NCBI GenBank assembly: GCA_963841135.1
Contig: CAWJBJ010000004.1
Location: 1,517,607 to 1,581,606 of the forward strand
Source: an uncultured Chloroflexia bacterium
GTDB lineage: Bacteria; Chloroflexota; Limnocylindria; Limnocylindrales; CSP1-4
Direction of reading: 5' to 3'
Length of the DNA stretch: 64,000 nt
Positions within the stretch are counted from its first letter, which is position 1. Every line of letters starts with the position of its first letter. The position numbers were made by a program, and so were the translations under genes. Below, one piece after another: positions 40,376 to 48,245 of this stretch. Below the pieces are notes generated by a model. It saw only the letters and a list, made by a program, of their open reading frames with translations, had not been told where the DNA came from and searched no databases.

Positions 40376-41885
40376 GTGGGTCCCTCCCGGAACCGGGATG
40401 GACCGGGATCGCGGCGACGCCGCCCGACCAGCCCTGGACCTGATCGCCGGGGTCCGGCCCGCCTCGACGAGCGGCGCGTGCCACCAGCCGGCGGCGCAAC
40501 CGGCGGGCGCGCGCCCGGAGATCCGCCTCGAGACGCGGCTCGGGCCGTCCCAGCCCGCCGCGCCGCTCCGCGAGGGCGAGCCCGTCGCCGGTCGCGCGCA
40601 TCGCCCCGAGCGGGTCCCGCAGGCGATGCTCCCGGATCTTCGCGAGCTCGATCGCGGCCACGATGGCGGTCCGCCCCGGTCCTGCGGCAAGGCTGGCCCA
40701 GGCTTCGGCAGCCTCGTCCCAGCGGCCGAGGCGGCGCAGGAGATGGGCCCGCTCGACCGCGATCCGGTCCGTGGTCCAGGGCGTCGCAAAGGCGGCGGAG
40801 CGATGCGATGGGGCGGCCCGGATGTCGGGGCGAGCCCGGCCCCCGAAGTCGGCCGGCACCTGCGGCGACCACCACGGGACCTCGCCGACGACCGCGGGCC
40901 GGCGGCGGTCCACGTCCGAGGCGATCGCGACCAGGCTCGGCTGGGGCCGCTCCAGACCGACGGTGAGCGCGCCGTCATAGCATTCGAGCGCCTCTCCGAG
41001 TCGTCCCGCACGCGCGAATGCCCGAGCGAGGCCGCCCAGGTCGCCGATCGGCGCAGTGCGTCGCGCCTCGGCCGTCCCGTAGCCGTTGGCGAGCAGGACC
41101 AGGAGCCGCGCCAGCGAGCGGACGTCCTGGTCGTTGTGGCGGACGACCTCGACCAGCGGCTGGGCCGGTCCACCACGCAGGAACCCGAGGTAGCGACCGG
41201 GGATCTCGCCACCGTCGACGTCGCCGTGCCGCTCGAGCCCCAGCAACCCGGCCTCGGCGGTCCGCAGGCGAGCGTCTTCGAGCCGGTGGCGGAACAGGCG
41301 GCGCACGACCGGGAGAAGGTCCAGGTGACCGCCGTGGATGGGCGCCGCACGTCGCGCCATCCGGTAGCGGGTGACCAGCAGCGGCCAGTCGAAGCCGCGG
41401 CCGTTGTAGGTCACGAGCCAGCCGTCGACGGGGATGTGCTCGGCCAACGCCGACAGCATCGCGGGCTCGTCGGCATGGTCCGGGAGCAGGAGCTGGACCT
41501 GCCGGAACCGATCGTCCTCCCACCACCCGAGCCCGATCAGGAAGGCGACGGTCCCGGCGGCCGTCGCGAGGCCCGTCGTCTCGGTGTCCAGGCAGACCAG
41601 CGGGACGTCCGGCGGCGGCTGCGCCGGGAGTCGCGCCAGGCTCTCGCGGTCGAGCGGGATGGTCCGTGGCTCCGTCTCGCAGCGGACGTAGGTCCCGGCC
41701 GGCGACTGGACGACCTCGCCGTCCAGCGTCGCGGCGAGCCGCTCCGCCAGCGCGTGTCGATCGAGCGGCGCGTGGGGCAGCTCGACCTGCCGCGCGACCT
41801 CGCCCGGGGCCTCGCGGCGGGTCGCGGCCCGGTATCGCTCGAGGCGCCGGGCCAGGCCGCCCGTATCGGCGATCGGACTCGTCAT
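40344..41885 (-). CDS. YprB/MrfB-like RNase-H-fold exonuclease with C-terminal TPR-like region
   Basis: Internal ATG of ORF 40344-42026, overlapping the helicase stop (ATGA). VCLDTETTGLATAAGTVAFLIGLGWW...WLVTYNGRGFDWPLL...VVRHNDQDVRSLARLL. The helical-repeat tail resembles TPR. Confidence 0.7.
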   Translation of the reverse strand: MTSPIADTGGLARRLERYRAATRREAPGEVARQVELPHAPLDRHALAERLAATLDGEVVQSPAGTYVRCETEPRTIPLDRESLARLPAQPPPDVPLVCLDTETTGLATAAGTVAFLIGLGWWEDDRFRQVQLLLPDHADEPAMLSALAEHIPVDGWLVTYNGRGFDWPLLVTRYRMARRAAPIHGGHLDLLPVVRRLFRHRLEDARLRTAEAGLLGLERHGDVDGGEIPGRYLGFLRGGPAQPLVEVVRHNDQDVRSLARLLVLLANGYGTAEARRTAPIGDLGGLARAFARAGRLGEALECYDGALTVGLERPQPSLVAIASDVDRRRPAVVGEVPWWSPQVPADFGGRARPDIRAAPSHRSAAFATPWTTDRIAVERAHLLRRLGRWDEAAEAWASLAAGPGRTAIVAAIELAKIREHRLRDPLGAMRATGDGLALAERRGGLGRPEPRLEADLRARARRLRRRLVARAARRGGPDPGDQVQGWSGGVAAIPVHPGSGRDPLRMDRARRPV

Positions 41886-44200
41886 CCCGCGGCGGGAAGC
41901 GCGGCCGGGGCGCGTCGCTCGCGAGCCCCGAGCTCGGTCAGGAGGCGAAGCGCCAGCGCCCGGGCATCGACCTCGGGCTCGAGGCGCGGTCCCGTGCAGG
42001 CGGGGCACCCACCATCGCAGCCGCACGCCTCGATCAAGTCAGCGGCCGCCTCGAGCAGCTCGTCGTGACGAGCGTAGAGGCGTTCGGACAGCCCGATCCC
42101 GCCCGGCACCGATTCGTACAGGTAGATCGTGGGCTGCTCCGCGTGCGGGGAGCGGACCTGGGCGACCAGACCCAGGTCGCGCGGGTCGACCATCAAGAGC
42201 ACGGAGGCCACCGTCTGGATCGCCCGTCCGGCACCGAGCAGCGCGACGTCCAGCTCGTCCCGCCGCCAGCCGCCGCGCGCCCGGTCCGCGGTGAGCCAGT
42301 AGGCCGTCGTCTGGAGCTCGAGCTCCGGCAGGTCGATCGGGCCCCAGCCCACGTTCTCGTCGGTGAGGAACTTGAGCTTCTTGAACAGGGTCACGAGGCT
42401 CGCGACCATCACCTCGCCGTGGATCCGCCGCCCGCCGGTGGCCGGCGCCTCGGCGAAGACCTCGAGCGGCTTCAAGGTCACCGCGCGATTGGCGTAGGTG
42501 TAGTGGTCGACATCGACCCGGTGGACATAGGCCTTGCGCTCGCCCCACTCGAGCCGGTCGACGTAGTACTGGACCGACTCGTGGATGTAGATCGCGCGCT
42601 CATGGACCAGCACCTGCGCGCTGAACAGGTCCACCTCCCCCAGGACCCGCGGGCGGTCCGGTGTCGTGTCGATGATGACGACGTTCTCCGGAGCGGCCGT
42701 GCGAAGCGAGATCTCCGAGGCCGGGAAGTTCTCGCTGGACCAGTACCACCGCCCGTCACCCGCTTGGCGGACATGCCGCTCCTCCGCGAGGAACGCCAGG
42801 AGGTCGTCGGCCGGTCCGGGCCCGAACACTTCGCCCGGCTCGAAGGGCAGCTCGAAGGTCGCGGCCCGCAGGTGGGCGAGCAGCACGTGCAGGTTGTCCG
42901 GGTCGAGGCGGGCCTCCTCGGGCGTCCCCTCGAGCAGGAACTCCGGATGGTGGATGACGTACTGGTCGACCGGGGCCCCCGATGCCACGAGGACGGCGAC
43001 GCTGGTGCCCTGCCGCCGGCCGGCCCGTCCGAACTGCTGCCACGTGGCAGCGACCGAGCCCGGGTAGCCGGCCAGGATCGCGGCGTCCAGCCGGCCGATG
43101 TCGACCCCGAGCTCCAGGGCGTTCGTCGCCACGACGCCGAGCACCTCGCCGTCGCGCAGGCCGTGCTCGATGGAGCGCCGTTCCGTGGGCAGGTAGCCGC
43201 CCCGGTAGCCGCGGACCCGGCTGCGCGGCCCGTAGCTCTCGCGGAGCGATTCGCGAAGACCGGTCAGCAGCAGCTCGACCGCGACCCGTGACCGCCCGAA
43301 GACGATCGTCTGGCGCCCTGCCCGCAGGAAGGGGAGCGCCCAGCGCTGCGCGAGCGTCACGGCGGACCCGCGAGCGCCGCTCGCCGGCTCGAGGACCGGC
43401 GGGTCGACGAGCACGACGTGGCGCTCGCCGGCCGGGGCGCCGTTGCGGTCGACGAGCCGTGCCGGGCGACCGGTCAGCATCGTCGCCAATTCGCGGGGGT
43501 TCCCGATCGTCGCCGAGCAGCACACGATGACCGGGGTGCTGCCGTAGTGGGCGCAGATCCGGAGGAGCCGTCGCAGGACGTTGGCGACGTGGCCGCCGAA
43601 CACGCCGCGGTACGTGTGCAGCTCGTCGATGACGATGACCTTGAGCTGCTCGAACAGCTGGAACCACTTGGTGTGGTGCGGCAGGATCGCCGAGTGGAGC
43701 ATGTCCGGGTTGGTGACCACGACCTGGCCCGCGGCGCGCACGGCGGAGCGGATCGGCGCGGGCGTGTCGCCGTCGTAGGTCGAGGCCAGGATCGACATGC
43801 CGGCCGCCGCCGACAGGCCGCCGAACTCCGCGACCTGGTCCTGCCCCAGCGCCTTGGTCGGGAAGAGGAAGAGCGCCCGCGAGCCGGGGTCGTCCGCGAT
43901 CGCCTGGAGGACGGGGACCGCGTAGCACAGGGTCTTGCCCGACGCGGTGGGCGTCACCACGACGACGTCCTCGCCGGCGTGGACGGCATCCATCGCCTCG
44001 GCCTGGTGGATGTAGGGCCGCTCGATGCCGCGCGACGCCAGGCCGGCCACGATCCGGGCGTCCAGCCAGGAGGGGAACTCGCCGTATGCGGGCGGCCGAG
44101 CCGGGATGACCGCGTGGTGGACCACGCCCCGCGCGAGCGACGGCTCGGCCAACAGGTTGGCGAGGACGGCCTCAGCGTCAGCGGGGGCGTAGGTTCGCAT
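41882..44200 (-). CDS. DEAD/DEAH-box helicase with C-terminal DUF1998-type Cys4 domain (YprA/MrfA-like)
   Basis: VVVVTPTASGKTLCY, VIVIDELHTY (DExH), CCSATIGNP, VATNALELGVDIG, GYPGSVAATWQQFGRAGRR, C-terminal ACGCDGGCPACTG. ATG 44200 is preferred to the ORF-track start at 44284. Confidence 0.85.
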   Translation of the reverse strand: MRTYAPADAEAVLANLLAEPSLARGVVHHAVIPARPPAYGEFPSWLDARIVAGLASRGIERPYIHQAEAMDAVHAGEDVVVVTPTASGKTLCYAVPVLQAIADDPGSRALFLFPTKALGQDQVAEFGGLSAAAGMSILASTYDGDTPAPIRSAVRAAGQVVVTNPDMLHSAILPHHTKWFQLFEQLKVIVIDELHTYRGVFGGHVANVLRRLLRICAHYGSTPVIVCCSATIGNPRELATMLTGRPARLVDRNGAPAGERHVVLVDPPVLEPASGARGSAVTLAQRWALPFLRAGRQTIVFGRSRVAVELLLTGLRESLRESYGPRSRVRGYRGGYLPTERRSIEHGLRDGEVLGVVATNALELGVDIGRLDAAILAGYPGSVAATWQQFGRAGRRQGTSVAVLVASGAPVDQYVIHHPEFLLEGTPEEARLDPDNLHVLLAHLRAATFELPFEPGEVFGPGPADDLLAFLAEERHVRQAGDGRWYWSSENFPASEISLRTAAPENVVIIDTTPDRPRVLGEVDLFSAQVLVHERAIYIHESVQYYVDRLEWGERKAYVHRVDVDHYTYANRAVTLKPLEVFAEAPATGGRRIHGEVMVASLVTLFKKLKFLTDENVGWGPIDLPELELQTTAYWLTADRARGGWRRDELDVALLGAGRAIQTVASVLLMVDPRDLGLVAQVRSPHAEQPTIYLYESVPGGIGLSERLYARHDELLEAAADLIEACGCDGGCPACTGPRLEPEVDARALALRLLTELGARERRAPAALPAAG

Positions 44201-44215
44201 CACGCGGCCTCGGAT

Positions 44216-44230
44216 AGCACGGATGTTCGA
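44216..44230 (-). promoter_or_regulatory. weak LexA/SOS-box-like site TCGAACATCCGTGCT upstream of the helicase
   Basis: Matches GAAC-N4-GT(T)C with one core mismatch. Lies 16-30 nt upstream of ATG 44200. Confidence 0.2.
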
Positions 44231-44306
44231 TTTGTGGGAGTCTAGCAGGAGCCTCAGGCGTGGGTGTGACAGCTCGCCTGTCACGGCGCGGGCAAGTTGA
44301 CACGTC

Positions 44307-44322
44307 AGCTGACCGCTCAGCT
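44307..44322. promoter_or_regulatory. perfect inverted repeat AGCTGA-N4-TCAGCT in the divergent intergenic region, overlapping a TTGACA (44297-44302) / TACCCT (44322-44327) promoter-like pair
   Basis: Read directly. The -35/-10 spacing is 19 nt (long). TACCCT ends 7 nt before ATG 44335. Confidence 0.3.
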
Positions 44323-44334
44323 ACCCTCGCCCGG

Positions 44335-44854
44335 ATGGTCCGCCGACCCACCCCCATGCCGCCCGACGACGACCTCGATGCGATCGACCCGCGCGGCGTG
44401 GCCCCGGACGGTCCCGACGGCGAGCTCGACCCGCACGAGATCCCGGATCTCTCCGGCCTGCCGATCGCCGGGATCACGCGCCGGCGCCTGGCCGGCGTCA
44501 TCGGCGTGCTGATCGCGGCCTGGATCGTCGTGGTCTTCGCGCGGCAGGTCGGCGAGGCGCAGGCGGCCGCGTCGCGCGGCCGAACAGCTGGCCGCCGACA
44601 ACGTCGCCCGGACCGCCGAGGTCGCCGGTCTCACCCGCGAGCTCGACCAGATCCAGCGGCGGCGGTACATCGATCAGCAGGCCCGTGGCTACCGCCTCGG
44701 TGGCGCCAAGGAGATCCCGTTCACGCTCGCGCCCCACGCGCCGCCCCTGGCCGACGACGCACCCGGCTCCGCGAGCGTGCGCCTCGGCGCCGAGCGCACC
44801 CGCGTGACCCCGCTCGAACGGTGGCTGACGCTCCTGTTCGGCCCGGGCGACTGA
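44335..44854 (+). pseudogene. septum-formation-initiator (FtsB/DivIC)-like membrane protein, one apparent frameshift
   Basis: MVRRPTPMPPDDD...RRRLAGVIGVLIAAWIVVVFARQVGEAQAAAS. Frame change near 44575, then AEQLAADNVARTAEVAGLTRELDQIQRRRYIDQQARGYRLGGAKEIPF, stop at 44852-44854. Confidence 0.6.
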
Positions 44855-44960
44855 CCCTCCGACCGCCTCGACGACCCCCTCGTCGCGCGACCCGCTGACC
44901 GCTATCCTGTCCGTCCCGGCCGTTCCGGCCGCTGGAGGAGGGGAACGTGAGCGCCACCCG

Positions 44961-45527
44961 ATGATCGACATCCCGGTCGAGGATCTCGTCTTCGTCGTCT
45001 GCACCTTGGTCGGCGGTGGCCTGCTGCTGTTCACGGTCGTCGTCGACGACCTGCTCGGCGCGATCTTCGACTTCGACATCGGCGGCGTGTCGCTGATGCC
45101 GCTGCTCCTGTCGTTCGTCTCCATGTTCGGCGTCGGCGGGCTCTTCGCCACCCAGGTCCTCGACGTGCACGCCGGTCAGGCCGCGATCATCGGGTCCGGC
45201 TTCGGTCTCGCCGGCCTGGGGGTCGCCTACCTCCTGTTCAGCATCCTCGGCAAGGCCCAGGCCGCCGAGCCCTTCTCGACACGCGACCTCGTCGGCGACG
45301 ACGCCTTCGTGTCCGTGGGGATCCCCGCCGGCCGATACGGCAGCGTCCTGGTCAAGAAGGAGGGCCAGACCCACGAGTTCAGCGCCACATCGACCCACGA
45401 GATCCCATCCGGGACGACGGCCCGCGTGACCGGCGTGGCCGGCTCGGGCCTGATCGTGGAACCCGTCCCAGCGGCGAGTGGATCAGCGGCGGCCGACGCC
45501 GACCAGGGAGGGACCCAGGGTGCCTGA
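44961..45527 (+). CDS. NfeD-like membrane protein
   Basis: 188 aa with three or four TM segments, then an OB-like tail (GDDAFVSVGIPAGRYGSVLVKKEGQTHEFSATS...GTTARVTGVAGSGLIVEP). Directly upstream of, and overlapping, a flotillin gene. Confidence 0.7.
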   Translation: MIDIPVEDLVFVVCTLVGGGLLLFTVVVDDLLGAIFDFDIGGVSLMPLLLSFVSMFGVGGLFATQVLDVHAGQAAIIGSGFGLAGLGVAYLLFSILGKAQAAEPFSTRDLVGDDAFVSVGIPAGRYGSVLVKKEGQTHEFSATSTHEIPSGTTARVTGVAGSGLIVEPVPAASGSAAADADQGGTQGA

Positions 45528-47592
45528 CGTCTTCGAGTTCATCGGCAGCGGGGTGATCCCCGTCTTCCTGATCATCGTCATCGTCGTCCTCATCGTCAGC
45601 TACATCGGCAGCCGCTACAAGGTCGCGGGCGCGAACGAGGCGCTGGTCGTCAGCGGCCAGCGCGACAAGGGACCGGACGGCAGCCGGAACCTCAAGGTCG
45701 TGCGCGGCGGGGGCGTCATCGTCCTGCCGCTGCTCAACAAGGTCGGCAAGCTCAAGCTGACCGCCCGCCAGATCAACGTCAATCTCGCGGACGCCGTCTC
45801 GCGCCAGGGGATCAAGGTCGCGGTCCAGGGTGTCGCCACGTTCAAGATCGGCGCGGACGACGAGTCCATCCGCAACGCCGCCGAGCGCTTCCTCGACGCG
45901 CAAGAGGAGCAGGTCGACTCGATCGTCAAGAACGTCCTCGAGGGCTCGCTCCGCTCGATCGTGGGCACGCTGACCGTCGAGGAGTTGAACCTCGACCGGC
46001 AGAAGTTCCAGCAGGCCGTCCAGGACGCCGCCCGCGGGGACCTCGCGACGTCCGGGCTGCAGATCGACTCGTTCACGATCCAGGCGATCCGCGACGAGTC
46101 GGGGTACATGGAGCTCATCGGCCAGCAGGAGACCGCCCGTCGCGAGCGGGACGCCCGCATGGCGAAGGCCTCCGCCGACCAGGAGGCCGCGGTCCGCGAA
46201 GCCGAGGCCGAGCAGGTCAAGATCAACGCGGCGCGCGACGTGTCGCTGCGTCGAGCCGAGACCGAGACGCAGACGGCCGCCGCCCAGGCACGGGCCGCGC
46301 AGTCCGGCCCGCTCGCCGAGGCCGAGGCGACCCAGGAGGTCACCCGCAAGCAGACCGAGCTGGCCGAGCTGGAGGCCGCGCGCAAGGAGCAGGAGCTGCT
46401 GACCAGCGTGGTCCGGCCCGCCGAGGCGGACGCGGCGGCGCAGGTTCGACGCGCGGAGGGCGAGAAGTCGGCGCGAATCGCCCAGGCCCAGGCCGAGGCC
46501 GAGCGGGTCAAGCTCGCCGGGTCGGCGGAGGCCGCGGTGACGGTCACCAAGGGCGAGGCCCAGGCGCGCGTCGTCACGGTCAACGCCGAGGCCGAGTCCA
46601 AGCGGACCACGCTCGAAGGGAACGCCGAGGCGGGCATCACGTTCACCAAGGGCGAAGCAGAGGCGAAGGCGCTGGCGCTCCGAGCGGAGGCCTACCGCCA
46701 GTTCAACGAGGCGGCGATCATCCAGACCGTGCTCTCGATGCTGCCGGACATCGTCCGCGCCGCGGCCGAGCCGATGGCCAACATCGACAGCCTGACCGTC
46801 CTCTCGACCGACGGCGCGTCGGACGTGGTCAAGAACGTGACGCGGACGGTCACCGAGGCCAGCACCACGGTCAAAGGTCTCACCGGCATCGACATCCCGG
46901 ACCTGCTCAGTCGAGCGGTCGGCGCGACCGATCGGCCCGATGCGCCGTCGGGACGCCGCGGTGGTGCCGGGGGGACCGAGAAGGGCGGCGGCCGGCGCTC
47001 GAGCGGTCGAGGTTCCTCGACGACGACACCCGCCGCCGGTCCCGCCTCGGCGTCCGCATCCGCGCCGGCGATGCCGCAGGAGCCGGCGTGGGGCTCGCAG
47101 CCGGCACCGTCACCTGCCCGGGCGCGGTCCGCGGCGCCGACGACGCCCGCGGCCCCGACCACGCCGGCGGCGACCGTCCCGCCCCAGTTCGAGAGCCCGG
47201 AAGCCGTCGACGCGGCCCTGGCCGATGCCGACCAGGCGATCCGCAAGGCGACCGCGACAGTCTCGGATGCGGCCCGGGCAAGGACGGACACCGCAGCCGG
47301 GCCGGCACGCCCGTCGCGCGCCACGCTGGAGGCCGCCGGGCTCGACGCCGCGGGGATGACCCGCGAGACCACGGTCGACGAGGCCGCGACGAAGCTGGCC
47401 GCGGATCTCGCGGCGATGCCGGGCATCGAACGCTTCGGGGCGCTCCGGCTGGCCGACCTCGCGACCGGCGGACCGCGTCCGCTGCGGACAATGTGGCGCA
47501 TCGCGCGCGGACAGCTCGACGAGCGCTACGGCGGCATGACGATCGGGGAGCTGATCGATCGGCACGCCGGCGGCAAGCCGCCAGCCACCTGA
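45520..47592 (+). CDS. flotillin / SPFH (band 7) family protein with a long C-terminal extension
   Basis: GTG 45520 follows GGGAGGG. TM segment, then RYKVAGANEALVVSG...GGGVIVLPLLNKVGKLKLTARQINV...GIKVAVQGVATFKI...VEELNLDRQKFQQ. A long Ala/Glu coiled-coil flotillin region follows, then about 220 extra residues. Confidence 0.9.
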   Translation: MPDVFEFIGSGVIPVFLIIVIVVLIVSYIGSRYKVAGANEALVVSGQRDKGPDGSRNLKVVRGGGVIVLPLLNKVGKLKLTARQINVNLADAVSRQGIKVAVQGVATFKIGADDESIRNAAERFLDAQEEQVDSIVKNVLEGSLRSIVGTLTVEELNLDRQKFQQAVQDAARGDLATSGLQIDSFTIQAIRDESGYMELIGQQETARRERDARMAKASADQEAAVREAEAEQVKINAARDVSLRRAETETQTAAAQARAAQSGPLAEAEATQEVTRKQTELAELEAARKEQELLTSVVRPAEADAAAQVRRAEGEKSARIAQAQAEAERVKLAGSAEAAVTVTKGEAQARVVTVNAEAESKRTTLEGNAEAGITFTKGEAEAKALALRAEAYRQFNEAAIIQTVLSMLPDIVRAAAEPMANIDSLTVLSTDGASDVVKNVTRTVTEASTTVKGLTGIDIPDLLSRAVGATDRPDAPSGRRGGAGGTEKGGGRRSSGRGSSTTTPAAGPASASASAPAMPQEPAWGSQPAPSPARARSAAPTTPAAPTTPAATVPPQFESPEAVDAALADADQAIRKATATVSDAARARTDTAAGPARPSRATLEAAGLDAAGMTRETTVDEAATKLAADLAAMPGIERFGALRLADLATGGPRPLRTMWRIARGQLDERYGGMTIGELIDRHAGGKPPAT

Positions 47593-47605
47593 CCCCGCGA
47601 CCGCC

Positions 47606-48133
47606 ATGGACGAGCCGGCCGAGGGACGGACGGGCGCTGGGTCGCGTTCGGAGTACGCGCGGCTGCTCGCCGAGAACGAGCGCTACACCGAATCGTTCGA
47701 CCGCTCCGCGCTGACCGCCGCGCCCCTGAGCGGCCTCGCGATCATCGCGTGCATGGACGCCCGGCTCGACGTCGAGGAGGCTCTGGGCCTGCGCACCGGG
47801 GACGCGCACATCATCCGCAACGCGGGCGGGATCGCGACCGACGACGTCATCCGCTCGATCATCGTCAGCCAGCAGCTCCTGGGCACCGACGAGATCGTCG
47901 TGATCGGGCACACGGGATGCGGTCTGCTCGGCGCGGACGAGGACGCGCTCCGCGAGCGCCTGGCGGCGGCAACGGGCACGACGATAGATCTCGCGTTCGG
48001 GTCGTTCGGGGACCTCGAGGCGACCATCCGCTGGTCGCTGGACCGCCTGCGTGCGCACCCGTGGGTCCGGTCCGAGGGCGTCCACGGTCTCGTCTTCGAC
48101 GTCGAGACCGGCCGGCTTCACGAGGTCGGCTGA
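47606..48133 (+). CDS. beta-class carbonic anhydrase-like protein
   Basis: 175 aa: LAIIACMDARLDVEEALGLRTGDAHIIRNAGG and VVIGHTGCG (Cys-Asp-Arg ... His-x-x-Cys zinc ligand pattern). Confidence 0.85.
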   Translation: MDEPAEGRTGAGSRSEYARLLAENERYTESFDRSALTAAPLSGLAIIACMDARLDVEEALGLRTGDAHIIRNAGGIATDDVIRSIIVSQQLLGTDEIVVIGHTGCGLLGADEDALRERLAAATGTTIDLAFGSFGDLEATIRWSLDRLRAHPWVRSEGVHGLVFDVETGRLHEVG

Positions 48134-48245
48134 CCGCGACGGATCGCGCATGTGGCGATCGGCCGCCGATTTGCCCCCTTTTCGCCAGCCCTCACTTGCC
48201 GTAGTCTCCCGTCCTTGACGCCGGGGCAGCCGGCGCCCATCCGGG

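Noticed and set aside
39044-41350. 768-aa reverse ORF and 715-aa forward ORF (39921-42068) overlapping the pfkB and MrfB-like genes
   Set aside because: The alternative frames carry clear PfkB (DATGAGDTF) and YprB-type (DTETTGL) motifs. These long ORFs are RPG-rich shadows.
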